54,141 bases of DNA from assembly GCA_023411775.1 (NCBI GenBank), contig JAEYOL010000040.1:1-54141 (forward strand), read 5' to 3'. Positions within the stretch are counted from its first letter, which is position 1. Each line of letters opens with the position of its first letter. The notes beneath the pieces were generated by a model. It saw only the letters and a list, made by a program, of their open reading frames with translations, was not told where the DNA came from and ran no database searches. Source of the stretch: Bacteroidota bacterium. GTDB lineage: Bacteria > Bacteroidota > Bacteroidia > Chitinophagales > Chitinophagaceae. This document shows positions 8,670 through 19,069 of the stretch, one piece after another. The translations under genes and the position numbers were made by a program.

Positions 8670-10193
8670 CTACACCTCGAACTTTATTCCCTGTGCCAGG
8701 GGCAGGTTGGTGCTATAGTTGATCGTGTTGGTCTGGCGTCTCATATAGGCTTTCCAGGCATCGCTACCGCTTTCCCTGCCGCCACCGGTTTCCTTCTCAC
8801 CTCCAAATGCGCCGCCGATCTCGGCCCCCGAAGTGCCGATGTTGACGTTGGCAATCCCGCAATCACTGCCGGCAGCCGACAGAAACTGTTCAGCCTCACG
8901 CAGGTTCAGGGTCATAATGGAGGAGGAGAGGCCCTGGGGAACGCCGTTTTGAATAGCGATAGCCTCGTCAATGGTCATATATTTCAGTAAATAGAGTATC
9001 GGTGCGAAGGTTTCATGCTCAACGATCTTAAAGTCGGGCCGGGCCTCAGCGATGCAGGGTTTCACATAGCACCCGCTTTCATAACCCTTCCCTTCAAGGA
9101 CGCCGCCTTCCACTACAAATTTCCCACCCTCGGCTTTACAGGCTTCGATCGAATCGAGATATAATTGCACAGCTGCTTTGTCGATCAGGGGACCCACATG
9201 ATTTTTTTCATCCAGGGGATTGCCGATGGAAAGTTGTTTGTACGCTGATACCAGTTTTTGTTTAACCTCCTCATAAATGTCTTCATGAATAATCAGGCGT
9301 CGTGTGGTTGTACAACGTTGCCCGGCCGTACCCACCGCGCCGAACAGTGAACCAAGAATTGCGATATCAAGATCTGCATCTTTAGAAATAATGATAGCAT
9401 TATTGCCACCAAGTTCCAACAGCGCGCGACCCAGTCTTGCACCAACTGCCGCGCCAACGGCTTTACCCATACGGGTAGATCCGGTTGCCGATACCAGCGG
9501 GATGCGGGAGTCCTGGCTCATCCACTCGCCAACCTCACGACCACCGATGATCAATCCGCAAACCCCTTCGGGTACATTATTTTTTTCAAACACTTCTTTG
9601 ACGATCTGCTGGCAGGCAATGCCGCAAAGCGGTGTTTTCTCGGAAGGCTTCCAGATACAAACATCTCCGCAAACCCACGCCAGCATTGAATTCCAGCTCC
9701 ACACCGCCACGGGAAAATTAAAGGCGGAAATAATCCCTACGATACCCAGGGGATGATATTGTTCGTACATGCGATGGCCTGGTCGCTCACTATGCATCGT
9801 AAACCCATGCAGTTGGCGGGAAAGTCCTACAGCAAAATCGCAGATATCGATCATTTCCTGAACTTCACCATAACCCTCCTGCAGGCTTTTGCCCATCTCG
9901 TAAGAGACAAGTTTTCCCAAAGGTTCTTTGTATTGACGAAGCGCTTCCCCGATCTGGCGCACGACCTCACCGCGTTTTGGAGCAGGCCATGTTCTCCACT
10001 CTATAAAAGCTTCCCCCGCTTTTTTAACTACAGCATCATAAGCCTCCCTGTCGGCGGAAACGACAGTACCAATCAGTTTACCATCCACGGGTGAATAAGA
10101 GCTGATCGTTTCACCTTTCGAACTGATCCATTCCTCACCCGTACTTACTCCAGGGTTAGCTTCTTTAATATGTAATGTCTTCAGAAAATCCAT
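8670..10193 (-). CDS. Aldehyde dehydrogenase family 7 (alpha-aminoadipate semialdehyde / piperideine-6-carboxylate dehydrogenase-like)
   Basis: ISAFNFP, LELGGNNA, AGQRC, ETFAP and GGGRESGSDAWK motifs. Start at MDFLK, downstream of a TACCTTTG box (10212-10219). Confidence 0.9.
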   Translation of the reverse strand: MDFLKTLHIKEANPGVSTGEEWISSKGETISSYSPVDGKLIGTVVSADREAYDAVVKKAGEAFIEWRTWPAPKRGEVVRQIGEALRQYKEPLGKLVSYEMGKSLQEGYGEVQEMIDICDFAVGLSRQLHGFTMHSERPGHRMYEQYHPLGIVGIISAFNFPVAVWSWNSMLAWVCGDVCIWKPSEKTPLCGIACQQIVKEVFEKNNVPEGVCGLIIGGREVGEWMSQDSRIPLVSATGSTRMGKAVGAAVGARLGRALLELGGNNAIIISKDADLDIAILGSLFGAVGTAGQRCTTTRRLIIHEDIYEEVKQKLVSAYKQLSIGNPLDEKNHVGPLIDKAAVQLYLDSIEACKAEGGKFVVEGGVLEGKGYESGCYVKPCIAEARPDFKIVEHETFAPILYLLKYMTIDEAIAIQNGVPQGLSSSIMTLNLREAEQFLSAAGSDCGIANVNIGTSGAEIGGAFGGEKETGGGRESGSDAWKAYMRRQTNTINYSTNLPLAQGIKFEV

Positions 10194-10347
10194 AGCTATT
10201 TTTTTGAGCTGCAAAGGTAACTATACTTTTTGGGGTTTCCCGACGCCATACACGCCTTCACGTTGGCAACAGGGAATGCCCGCAAATTCGGGACTATAAG
10301 AATAAGGGGATTATTTTAGGGTTGAATAACCTAATTCCTAAGTCCTT

Positions 10348-11163
10348 CTAATATTGTTCACTTTCATTCGGGAAATCCTTATTCTTCACATCAGAGATGT
10401 ATTGTTTTACAGCAGCAGTAGCCTGTTCGTGGATATTCAGGTACTGGCGAAGAAACCTGGGTTTGAATTCGGTGTTGATACCAAGCATATCGTGCATCAC
10501 CAGCACCTGGCCGTCGCAGTGGGGACCGGCGCCAATACCGATCGTGGGGATATGAAGATTTTCTGAAACTTCGCCGGCCAGCGCAGCTGGGATTTTTTCA
10601 AGCACAAGTGCAAAACATCCCGCCTGCTCCAGCAATTTAGAATCGCGTCTTAATTTTTTTGCTTCTTCTTCCTCTTTAGCTCTTACGGCATAGGTGCCGA
10701 ATTTGTAGATCGACTGGGGAGTAAGTCCCAGGTGTCCCATCACGGGAATGCCAGCCGATACGATCTTCCTGATCGCGTCAATGGCTTCTTCACCACCTTC
10801 CAGTTTGATACAATGCGCACCTGTTTCTTTCATGATACGGATGGCTGAAGCCAGCGCGATATCAGAATTGGACTGATAAGAGCCGAAGGGAAGATCTACG
10901 ACTACCAGGCAGCGCTCTACCGCGCGAATAACGGAGGAAGCATGATAGATCATCTGGTCAAGCGTGATGGGCAGTGTTGTTTCATGGCCGGCCATGACAT
11001 TACTTGCGGAATCGCCTACCAGTATGACGTCTATGCCTGCACTGTCGATGATCCTCGCGAAAGAATAATCATATGCGGTGAGCATACTGATCTTCTCACC
11101 ATTGTCCTTCATTTTTTGAAGCGTATTGGTGGTTATTCTTTTTACTTCTTTGTTGACTGACAT
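10348..11163 (-). CDS. panB: 3-methyl-2-oxobutanoate hydroxymethyltransferase
   Basis: [25 protein letters not shown] and IGIGAG..CDGQVLV motifs. Confidence 0.97.
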   Translation of the reverse strand: MSVNKEVKRITTNTLQKMKDNGEKISMLTAYDYSFARIIDSAGIDVILVGDSASNVMAGHETTLPITLDQMIYHASSVIRAVERCLVVVDLPFGSYQSNSDIALASAIRIMKETGAHCIKLEGGEEAIDAIRKIVSAGIPVMGHLGLTPQSIYKFGTYAVRAKEEEEAKKLRRDSKLLEQAGCFALVLEKIPAALAGEVSENLHIPTIGIGAGPHCDGQVLVMHDMLGINTEFKPRFLRQYLNIHEQATAAVKQYISDVKNKDFPNESEQY

Positions 11164-11237
11164 AATAGTTTAGTTACCGGTCATGAAAATAATAGCGGGT
11201 TTTTGGATACTATCCATTCATGCATCGATACAATGGT

Positions 11238-12143
11238 TTAATTTTCCACGCGATGCGTTTCATTGTTTACTTCTTCATACAGGGTGTGAATAAGACCATC
11301 AGCCAGACCGATCTTTGGCACAAAGATCTCATCAGCATCGGCCCAGCGCATCACGTTTATATAGATCAGCAGCGCCGGCACAATCACGTCGGCACGATCT
11401 TCCCGGAATTTGTAGAGGCTCATGCGTTGTTCGATGGTGAGCGTACTGAATTCTTTGTAGTAATCACGCAGGAGGTCTAGCGGAAGTGGTTTTCCTTCTT
11501 TTCTTTTTGAAATAGAAAAGATCTTGTTGATGTTGCCACCTGTACCGATCGCTGATACGTGGTGAAAACCTTTTGTCTTTGTTTTGATGTATTCTTTCAT
11601 CTTATCCCATGTTGCTTCAGCTACCTGGTTTTTTAAAAGCCTGATAGTGCCGATGTCGAAAGATTCTTTGAAAATAAGTTTACCATCACTAAAAAAAGTG
11701 AGCTCTGTGCTACCGCCACCTACATCGATATAGAGATAAGATTCATCGCGCGTCAGCCCATCAGCAAAATGGTTTTCATTGATGAGCGAGGCTTCTTCCT
11801 GTCCGCTGATAATATTGATTTGAATGCCGGTCTCCTGCTTTATTTTTTTGATGATCTCCTGGCCGTTGCCCGCATCCCGCATGGCCGAGGTGGCGCATGC
11901 TTTCAAGTGACGCACATTGTAAACATCCATCAGCAGTTTATATGATTGTATTGTCTTGATGAGATTGGAGGCACGCTGAGGTGTAATTTCACCTTTCTCG
12001 AAAACATCGAAACCAAGCCTGAGTGGTACCCTTACGAGAGCGACTTTAATAAACTCGGGGGAGGAGGGCCGGCTGCCAGGGATCACATCACTGATCAGCA
12101 AACGAGCTGCATTACTTCCAATATCAATGGCTGCCAGTCTCAA
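11238..12143 (-). CDS. ppx: Ppx/GppA family exopolyphosphatase (short form, no C-terminal HD domain)
   Basis: AAIDIGSNA, ATSAMRDA, ISGQEEA and DVGGGSTE motifs. Overlaps the ppk1 3' end. Confidence 0.9.
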   Translation of the reverse strand: MRLAAIDIGSNAARLLISDVIPGSRPSSPEFIKVALVRVPLRLGFDVFEKGEITPQRASNLIKTIQSYKLLMDVYNVRHLKACATSAMRDAGNGQEIIKKIKQETGIQINIISGQEEASLINENHFADGLTRDESYLYIDVGGGSTELTFFSDGKLIFKESFDIGTIRLLKNQVAEATWDKMKEYIKTKTKGFHHVSAIGTGGNINKIFSISKRKEGKPLPLDLLRDYYKEFSTLTIEQRMSLYKFREDRADVIVPALLIYINVMRWADADEIFVPKIGLADGLIHTLYEEVNNETHRVEN

Positions 12144-14211
12144 GGTCGGTCAGGGTTTTTTTATAGAGATAATCATATGTTTTCACTTGTGAGCGGATCT
12201 TTTTCCGGGTTGACCTTACATACTCATTACTCATTTCGTTGTCGAGCAACCTGGCTTTCACATTATCCTGCAATTGTATATTGAGGATATCCTTGAGTTC
12301 CTGTTTTATTTCCTCGTTCAAAACAGGACAGGTCACTTCCACCCGGTGCTCGATATTGCGCAACATCCAATCTGCCGAAGATATATAAACTTTTTCTTTA
12401 CCCCTGTTGTGAAATACCCACACTCGTGCATGTTCCAGATATTCATCGACGATGCTGATGGCCTTTACGGGGCGTTTGAATTTTTTATTTTCCGTGAGCA
12501 TGCAAAATATTCCACGTACGATGAGTTTGAGTGGAACTCCTTCCCGGGCAGCTTCGTACAATTTCTCGATCATTCCTTCATCGGAAAGAGAATTCATCTT
12601 TAGTAAAATTCCACTGGGCTTATTTTTCTTTGCCTGCCTGATCTCCGCGTCAATAAGCTTATACATTTCTTTCCTGAGAATATGCGGGCTTGGAATGATG
12701 GTGATACAATTTTTTAAAGTATCGATATCGGATTTGGGGTGTTCAAGGAAATTGAATACCCGGCTTATATCATTCATTATTTTCGGATTCGCCGTTAGCA
12801 GGCAATGATCCCCGTATAATTTCGCGGTTTTCTCATTGAGATTGCCAGTGCTTACAAATCCATACAGGACGTGCTTATCTTTTACTTTTTTCCTGATCAT
12901 GCAGATCTTGCCATGCACTTTCATATTGGGCATACCGATCAATACCCTTGCACCTTCTTCTTCCAAGCGATTTTTCCATTCCAGGTTAGCTTCCTCATCG
13001 AATCGCGCCCGTAGTTCCAGCATTACCAGCACATCTTTACCATTCCGCACCGCATTGATCAATGCGTTGATGATCCTTGACATGGGCGCGAGCCGGTAGC
13101 AGGTGATCTTTATGGTAGTCACGTCGGGGTCGATGGCTGCTTCGCGGATTATGTCGATGAGCGGGGCGAAGGAATGATAAGGGAGATGCAGCATCACATC
13201 TTTTTGAAGTACTACATCGGATATCCTTTGTTGCATCAGTAAGGGATGATAGAATGGTTGCTTCCTTGGCTTCCTGACCTTAAAAACCTGTTCTGGGAAA
13301 TCCATAAAATCGCGGAAGTTGTGAATGCGGCCGCCGGGCAACAGGTTATCCTTTCTGCTGAGATTGAGTCGTCGGGTCAGGTATTCCAGCAGACCGGGAT
13401 CCATTTCGCGATCAAATACAAATCGAACCGGTTTTCCTTTTCTGCGATTCTTCAATCCCTTCTCGATCTTCTCCATCATATTGGTGGAAATATCGTTGTC
13501 GATATCTAGTTCAGCATCGCGGGTTACTTTAAAAACATGTGCGCGGTATTGGTCGTAACCAAAATAGGAGAATATTTCCGGCAGATTAAACCGGATCACA
13601 TCTTCCAGCAGGATGATGCGGAACTCTCCCGGCTTTGAGGGAAGCAGGACAAACCGGCCAATTGCCTGGCTGGGAATTTCAATCAGGGCATATTTCTTTT
13701 TGAGGGTATTGTCCTTCTTCCACATGATCACACCGAGATAAATGGATTTGTCGCGTAGATGCGGCGATTGCGGGATATTTTCGATCATCAACGGGATCAC
13801 GTTAGGGCTTACTTCCTCGTCATAATATTCGCGGACGAATTCCTGTTGTTCAGGACTTAGCTCATTTTCAGTTACCAGGAAGATCTTTTGATTTTTCATC
13901 TGGCGCTGTACATCTTCCCAGATACGGGCAAATTCACTTTGCTGGTTGAGCACCATTATTTGAATGTCATCAAGAATCTGTTGCGGGTTTGTTTCCAGGT
14001 GCATGTTGACCTTACCGCTGGCCAGCAGCATTCTTTTGAGGGTTGCGACACGTACCCTGAAAAACTCATCCATATTATTAGAGAAAATACCGAGGAACCG
14101 GATACGCTCCCGCAAGGGTACGGTATGATCTGCGGCTTCCTGCAATACCCGGGCATTAAATGAAAGCCAGCTTATGTCTCGTGCATTGATCTTTGGTCTG
14201 GAGGGGTGCAT
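12124..14211 (-). CDS. ppk1: Polyphosphate kinase 1
   Basis: SWLSFNARVL, DEFFRVRVA, ELRARFDEEAN, KVHGK, STGNLN and LEHARV motifs. Confidence 0.97.
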   Translation of the reverse strand: MHPSRPKINARDISWLSFNARVLQEAADHTVPLRERIRFLGIFSNNMDEFFRVRVATLKRMLLASGKVNMHLETNPQQILDDIQIMVLNQQSEFARIWEDVQRQMKNQKIFLVTENELSPEQQEFVREYYDEEVSPNVIPLMIENIPQSPHLRDKSIYLGVIMWKKDNTLKKKYALIEIPSQAIGRFVLLPSKPGEFRIILLEDVIRFNLPEIFSYFGYDQYRAHVFKVTRDAELDIDNDISTNMMEKIEKGLKNRRKGKPVRFVFDREMDPGLLEYLTRRLNLSRKDNLLPGGRIHNFRDFMDFPEQVFKVRKPRKQPFYHPLLMQQRISDVVLQKDVMLHLPYHSFAPLIDIIREAAIDPDVTTIKITCYRLAPMSRIINALINAVRNGKDVLVMLELRARFDEEANLEWKNRLEEEGARVLIGMPNMKVHGKICMIRKKVKDKHVLYGFVSTGNLNEKTAKLYGDHCLLTANPKIMNDISRVFNFLEHPKSDIDTLKNCITIIPSPHILRKEMYKLIDAEIRQAKKNKPSGILLKMNSLSDEGMIEKLYEAAREGVPLKLIVRGIFCMLTENKKFKRPVKAISIVDEYLEHARVWVFHNRGKEKVYISSADWMLRNIEHRVEVTCPVLNEEIKQELKDILNIQLQDNVKARLLDNEMSNEYVRSTRKKIRSQVKTYDYLYKKTLTDLETGSH

Positions 14212-14238
14212 CTCTGATAGTTGATGACTGTAAAGATA

Positions 14239-14322
14239 GTGGTGAGTGGGGAGTCGTGAGTCGTGAGTGACTGACTACCGGCTATCGACTATTGACTACC
14301 GACTCACGACTCCCGGCTATCC
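14239..14322. repeat. Inverted pair of 7-nt tandem arrays (GTCGTGA)n / (ACTCACG)n overlapping a CDS end
   Basis: GTGGGGA-GTCGTGA-GTCGTGA...ACTACCG-ACTCACG-ACTCCCG. Confidence 0.7.
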
Positions 14323-15325
14323 TCGACCTGATCCGTTTATTATAGCCGGGTAGTAACCCAAAGCTGATAAGTCCGCCGACGAGGATAACTACTGTTTGCG
14401 CGAGCCAAAGTAACCAGCCAAAGGCGACGGCAATGCTTTGTTGTAAGCCATACATCTGCATGGTGGCTTCGATCAAATAGGCATAAGCGCCGATGCCGCC
14501 GGGTGTGACGATCATGCCGATACTGCCGGCGGAAAGAACAGTGAAGGCTTCCCTGATGCCATAATGCTCGGTCTCGTGCAGTGCCTGGAAACCAATATAA
14601 CCACCAGACAGGTAAAGAACCCAGATCAGCAATGTGAGGACCAGGAAACTTTTTCTTTTTTTCAAATGCCGGATGGTGCTGAGTCCCAGCCACACACGGC
14701 TCCCGATCTTTTTCAGGGCCGCCACGAGGTCCTTGAAATTTTTTCTCCGGATAAGCATCCATAGTCCAACGATTAGTAAGATGATGCCAATTATGATCAG
14801 GACAAAAACATAACCCGGAATGGCCGGTGCTTCATCTTCACCAGATTTATTGAAGATCGTTGCCATGATCTGCGAATACAAGCCTGGTTGGATAAGTAAT
14901 GTGATCGCGAAAACGAGTAAAAGACAGATCGCGTCGATGAGTCTTTCAAGTATAATGGTGCCAACCAGTTTGTCGGCCGGTATTTTTTCATAGCGCGCCA
15001 GCAGGGTGCATTTTAAAACTTCTCCCAGCCTTGGAAAAGCCTGGTTGGCGAGGTAACCAATCATAACCGCAAAAAAGGTATTGACCTTATCGGGTTTATA
15101 ACCCAGGGGTTCCATCAACAGGCGCCATCGAAGTGCCCTTACATAATGGCTGGTGATTAAAATGATGAAGACAGGGATAATTAGATAGAGGCGGGCATTC
15201 TTCAGGGCGCTGCGGATCTCAGCCATTTTTTCACTATCGATATCCTTTACGGACCACCAAACAAGGAAAATTCCAAGCCCAAGAAAAAAAAGATATTGGA
15301 GTAATATGATCAGCCTTTTTTTCAT
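14282..15325 (-). CDS. Lysylphosphatidylglycerol synthase TM-domain (flippase-like, UPF0104) membrane protein
   Basis: RALRW, GYLAN..PRLGE, ERLID and TPGGIGAY motifs in a multi-pass hydrophobic protein. Confidence 0.88.
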   Translation of the reverse strand: MKKRLIILLQYLFFLGLGIFLVWWSVKDIDSEKMAEIRSALKNARLYLIIPVFIILITSHYVRALRWRLLMEPLGYKPDKVNTFFAVMIGYLANQAFPRLGEVLKCTLLARYEKIPADKLVGTIILERLIDAICLLLVFAITLLIQPGLYSQIMATIFNKSGEDEAPAIPGYVFVLIIIGIILLIVGLWMLIRRKNFKDLVAALKKIGSRVWLGLSTIRHLKKRKSFLVLTLLIWVLYLSGGYIGFQALHETEHYGIREAFTVLSAGSIGMIVTPGGIGAYAYLIEATMQMYGLQQSIAVAFGWLLWLAQTVVILVGGLISFGLLPGYNKRIRSRIAGSRESVVNSR

Positions 15326-15362
15326 AGATAACTAAACTATCGCACTCCGCACTTCATAAGTT

Positions 15363-15710
15363 CTAAATCTTATTTCCTTCCTTGGGAAAAATTATCCAGG
15401 GTTTGAATTTTTTTGCTTCTTCAAAATCCATTCTTGCATATGCGATCACGATCACAATGTCACCCACAGCCACCTTCCTGGCAGCAGGTCCGTTGAGGCA
15501 GCATATGCCGGATCCACGTTTACCTTTTATGACATAAGTGTCGAACCTCTCGCCATTATTTACATTTACAACCTGCACTTTTTCATTCTCGATAATTTGA
15601 ACCGCATCCATAAGGTCTTCATCGAGGGTGATGCTGCCGACATAATTCAAATTCGCTTCCGTAACGGTAATGCGATGAATTTTTGACTTGAAAACTTCTA
15701 CCTGCATCAT
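15363..15710 (-). CDS. panD: Aspartate 1-decarboxylase
   Basis: KSKIHR, YVG/SITL self-cleavage site, NGERFDTY and LNGPAAR. Confidence 0.97.
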   Translation of the reverse strand: MMQVEVFKSKIHRITVTEANLNYVGSITLDEDLMDAVQIIENEKVQVVNVNNGERFDTYVIKGKRGSGICCLNGPAARKVAVGDIVIVIAYARMDFEEAKKFKPWIIFPKEGNKI

Positions 15711-15747
15711 ACAAAATTATATCTTTTGAAAAACGGTTGAGGTTCTT

Positions 15748-16599
15748 TTAATTCAGTAAAATATTGTCGATCAGACGCACCTCACCTAGAAATGCGGCCG
15801 CGAGTGCTACCAGTTTCTGTTCGCCATCCCATTCCTTCACAAGATCAAGGTCGCCGGCGTCCGCGATTTCAATATAGTCCACTTTAAATCCCTTTGAGGT
15901 TAAGGTTTTAATGGCTGCTAATTTTAATCCCTCCAGGTTGCCTGGTTTCAGTTGGGCTTTTATAATACTGAGGGCTTCAAATATGGCAGGTGCTTTTTCC
16001 CTATCAATAGCACTTAACCTTGTATTTCGACTGCTCATGGCCAGACCACCGGCTTCACGAAGGGTAGGGCGGATATGTAGTTCTATTTCATCTTTCATGC
16101 CTATGAGTTCAATCAGCCTTTTTATGATCATACATTGCTGATAATCCTTTTGCCCGATATATAAGCGGTCCGGGCTTGTGATATCAAGCAGGCGGTGAAC
16201 GATAGTGCCAACGCCCTGGAAATGGCCTGGTCTGAACTTTCCCTCGAGAATTGTTTCGAGATGTCCGAAATCATACCGGGTGCTGAGCACCGGGCCATCG
16301 GGATACATTTCCCCTACGGAGGGTAGGAATAAAACATTGCAGCCCGCATTCTCAAGGATCTCTATATCCTTCTCAAGAGTTATGGGATATTTCTCAAAAT
16401 CAACCGGATCATTGAATTGGGTGGGGTTGACAAATATGCTGCAAACAGTGAAATCATTGTTTTTACCTGCATCATGTATCAGTGAAATATGCCCCGGGTG
16501 GAGTGCTCCCATGGTTGGAACAAACCCGTATTTTTTTCCTTTTTTACGCTGGGTTTCAAGGTAAAGCTGCAGGTCAGCTGCTCTTTTAAATAGTATCAT
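15748..16599 (-). CDS. panC: Pantoate--beta-alanine ligase
   Basis: FVPTMGALHPGH, SIFVNPTQF, RPGHF, GQKDYQQ, GLAMSSRN and RLIDN. Confidence 0.97.
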   Translation of the reverse strand: MILFKRAADLQLYLETQRKKGKKYGFVPTMGALHPGHISLIHDAGKNNDFTVCSIFVNPTQFNDPVDFEKYPITLEKDIEILENAGCNVLFLPSVGEMYPDGPVLSTRYDFGHLETILEGKFRPGHFQGVGTIVHRLLDITSPDRLYIGQKDYQQCMIIKRLIELIGMKDEIELHIRPTLREAGGLAMSSRNTRLSAIDREKAPAIFEALSIIKAQLKPGNLEGLKLAAIKTLTSKGFKVDYIEIADAGDLDLVKEWDGEQKLVALAAAFLGEVRLIDNILLN

Positions 16600-16704
16600 C
16601 CGGGGCCTGTTTAAGGTCTAAATTTGCCACAACTTAATTATTCCCTGCAAAAAATCGTACCTTCGCACACGTTTTCCAAAAACGATTCATTTAAACGGGA
16701 GTAC

Positions 16705-17520
16705 ATGTCAGCAAAGAAAAGGATCTTATTTATTGCCAACGAAATGTCGCCCTACCTGGAGTTGACCGAGTTTTCCGAGATTGTCAATAAACTGGCCATA
16801 AAAGCAAATGATAATGGATTTGAGGTTCGGTGTATCATGCCGAGGTTTGGAACTATCAATGAAAGACGGCATCGTCTGCATGAAGTAGTTCGTTTATCGG
16901 GTATTAATGTATCGGTTGACAATGATGATATGCCATTGCAGATCAAGGTGGCATCTCTTCCCAGCGCCCGCTTACAGGTTTACTTTCTCGAGAATGAAGA
17001 GCTTTTCAAGCGTAAGTTTATCTTCCACGATGAGAATGAAAAGTGGTTTGATGACAACTCCCTGAGGACGATCTTTTTTTGTAAAGGCGCCTTGGAAACG
17101 GTTAAGAAGTTTGGCTGGCCTCCCGACATCATTCATTGCAGTGGCTGGATGACGGGACTAATTCCTGCATACCTGAAAACCGTGTACAAAAAGGAACCGG
17201 TTTTTTCACACAGTAAGATCGTTTATACCATTGGGCAAAATACCTTTAAAGAAAAGCTGGGCAGCGATTTTGTTCAGAAGGCACTGATCCATGCTTCGCT
17301 GAAAGAAAAGGACCTGGAGGTTTATAAGGAAGCTACCAATACTGCTATGTTTAGGGGAGGTGCTACGTTTGCCGATGCGATTACTTTTGGCGCTGAAAAA
17401 GTGGATAAGAAGCTGATGGAAGAATTTTCCAAGGTACGGGGTAAAAAGACATTAGCCTATAATGAAGAGTCTGATTTAACAGAGTATTTACAACTCTATA
17501 GCGATCTTGCGGGCAAGTAA
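16705..17520 (+). CDS. Glycogen/starch synthase N-terminal-domain-only protein (GT5-like)
   Basis: RILFIANEMSPY, MPRFG and PDIIHCSGWMTGLIP resemble the GT5 N-domain. It has no C-terminal domain. Start at MSAKK (16705). Confidence 0.8.
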   Translation: MSAKKRILFIANEMSPYLELTEFSEIVNKLAIKANDNGFEVRCIMPRFGTINERRHRLHEVVRLSGINVSVDNDDMPLQIKVASLPSARLQVYFLENEELFKRKFIFHDENEKWFDDNSLRTIFFCKGALETVKKFGWPPDIIHCSGWMTGLIPAYLKTVYKKEPVFSHSKIVYTIGQNTFKEKLGSDFVQKALIHASLKEKDLEVYKEATNTAMFRGGATFADAITFGAEKVDKKLMEEFSKVRGKKTLAYNEESDLTEYLQLYSDLAGK

Positions 17521-17550
17521 TATTTAACAAACACGGCATAAACTTTTTTT

Positions 17551-19020
17551 GTGAAGTACAAACACCTGGCACTCGCGCTTGGAACGATATTTACCGGTTT
17601 TCTTTTTTTCATTTCCTGCAAAAAAATCAACGATTCAACCAGCCTTGGTGGCGGACTGATCCCACCCATCGACAACATACACACTTTTGATACATCGCTG
17701 GAAGTACAGGCATTTAATGACACTTTCAGTATTTTGGTTGACACCACACGCTATGGCCCTTCATTTGTTCATTACCTTGGCCAGATCAATAATGATCCAT
17801 TTTTTGGTAAAACAGATGCCAAAATATATCTCGAGTTAAAACCGCCCCAATATAAATACACCTTTCTCAACCGGCCCGACAGCCTGCATATTGACTCGGT
17901 AGTGCTTGTCCTGGATTATGTTGACACTTATGGTGATACGCTGACACCCCAGACGGTAAATGTGTATGAGATCGCACCTTTCAGCGACTTCGGTGATACT
18001 TCCTATACCATTCGCAGAAGTGAATATGCTAAAGGCGCATTGCTGGGTTCACGCACGTTTGAACCGAGAATTCTGAACGATTCTATCAAAGCTTATAAGG
18101 ATACTACGGCGAATCAGCTGCGGATCCGGTTGGATGATCTTTTTGGTCAGCGTCTTCTCTACTATGACACTACCAATGCGCAGGGTTGGGAGGATGCTTA
18201 TTCTTCGGATTCAGTATTCCGGACAAAAGTGAAAGGATTTGCAATCGAGTCAACCAGTGGCAACGCCATCATGGGCTTCAGACTGCAGGGGGAGAATACC
18301 AAGCTTGCAATCTATTACAAGGATGATAATAACAGTACTGATCCCGCCAAGGCGGATACGGCTGTGGCGTATTTCGGTTTTGCCGCAAACCCCACTTCGG
18401 TATCGGCAAACTATATAAAAAGAGATTATACCGGTACGCCACTCGAAGCCTCGGTTGATGGTACCACCACCCCCGATGAGCTGATTTATATCCAAACCAC
18501 TCCGGGTTCCTTTGCTACGGTCAGGATACCGGGACTTACGGGGCTAAGCAATAGTATCATTCACCGGGCCGAACTGATCATGGAGCAGGTGTATGATGTG
18601 CAGGATACCCTTTTCCCGCCGACCAACCTTTATGTCGATGCATACGATACTTCGGTTGATAATTACCGGACAGTACCTTACGATGTCACGATCGACTTCC
18701 AGGGGAGTTCAAATCTGGGTGATTTTGGCATTGCTCCATTACAAACAAAAGACCCGTTTGGAAATAATATCCATATCTGGCGTTTCAACCTAACCAGGTA
18801 TGTGCAGCATGTGGTGAATAAGACCGAGCCAGGATATGACCTCAGGGTTTTTGCACCTTTTTATGTAAACGAATTGCACAGGCCGGGAGGATTTGGAGCG
18901 TTTTCTGATACTGTCAGCATGAGTGTAAATCAGCAGGCTGGCAAAGGAAGGGTGAGGCTTGGTGGTGGTAATCATCCTACACAGAAGATGAGACTGCGGA
19001 TTGTATATTCGAAAATTTAG
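17551..19020 (+). CDS. DUF4270-like lipoprotein
   Basis: Lipobox FISC, LGxxxDPFFGKT, IDSVVLVL and terminal LRIVYS. Located after the GT5-like gene as is common in Bacteroidota. Confidence 0.78.
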   Translation: MKYKHLALALGTIFTGFLFFISCKKINDSTSLGGGLIPPIDNIHTFDTSLEVQAFNDTFSILVDTTRYGPSFVHYLGQINNDPFFGKTDAKIYLELKPPQYKYTFLNRPDSLHIDSVVLVLDYVDTYGDTLTPQTVNVYEIAPFSDFGDTSYTIRRSEYAKGALLGSRTFEPRILNDSIKAYKDTTANQLRIRLDDLFGQRLLYYDTTNAQGWEDAYSSDSVFRTKVKGFAIESTSGNAIMGFRLQGENTKLAIYYKDDNNSTDPAKADTAVAYFGFAANPTSVSANYIKRDYTGTPLEASVDGTTTPDELIYIQTTPGSFATVRIPGLTGLSNSIIHRAELIMEQVYDVQDTLFPPTNLYVDAYDTSVDNYRTVPYDVTIDFQGSSNLGDFGIAPLQTKDPFGNNIHIWRFNLTRYVQHVVNKTEPGYDLRVFAPFYVNELHRPGGFGAFSDTVSMSVNQQAGKGRVRLGGGNHPTQKMRLRIVYSKI

Positions 19021-19044
19021 TGGAATCAATCTTTAATGAATTGT

Positions 19045-19069
19045 ATCGGGTGCTATCTTTGCACCCGAT
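19045..19069 (+). promoter_or_regulatory. Hairpin with the metK -7 promoter box (TATCTTTG) in its loop
   Basis: ATCGGGTGC-TATCTTT-GCACCCGAT, a 9-bp perfect stem. TAnnTTTG lies at 19054-19061. Confidence 0.6.
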
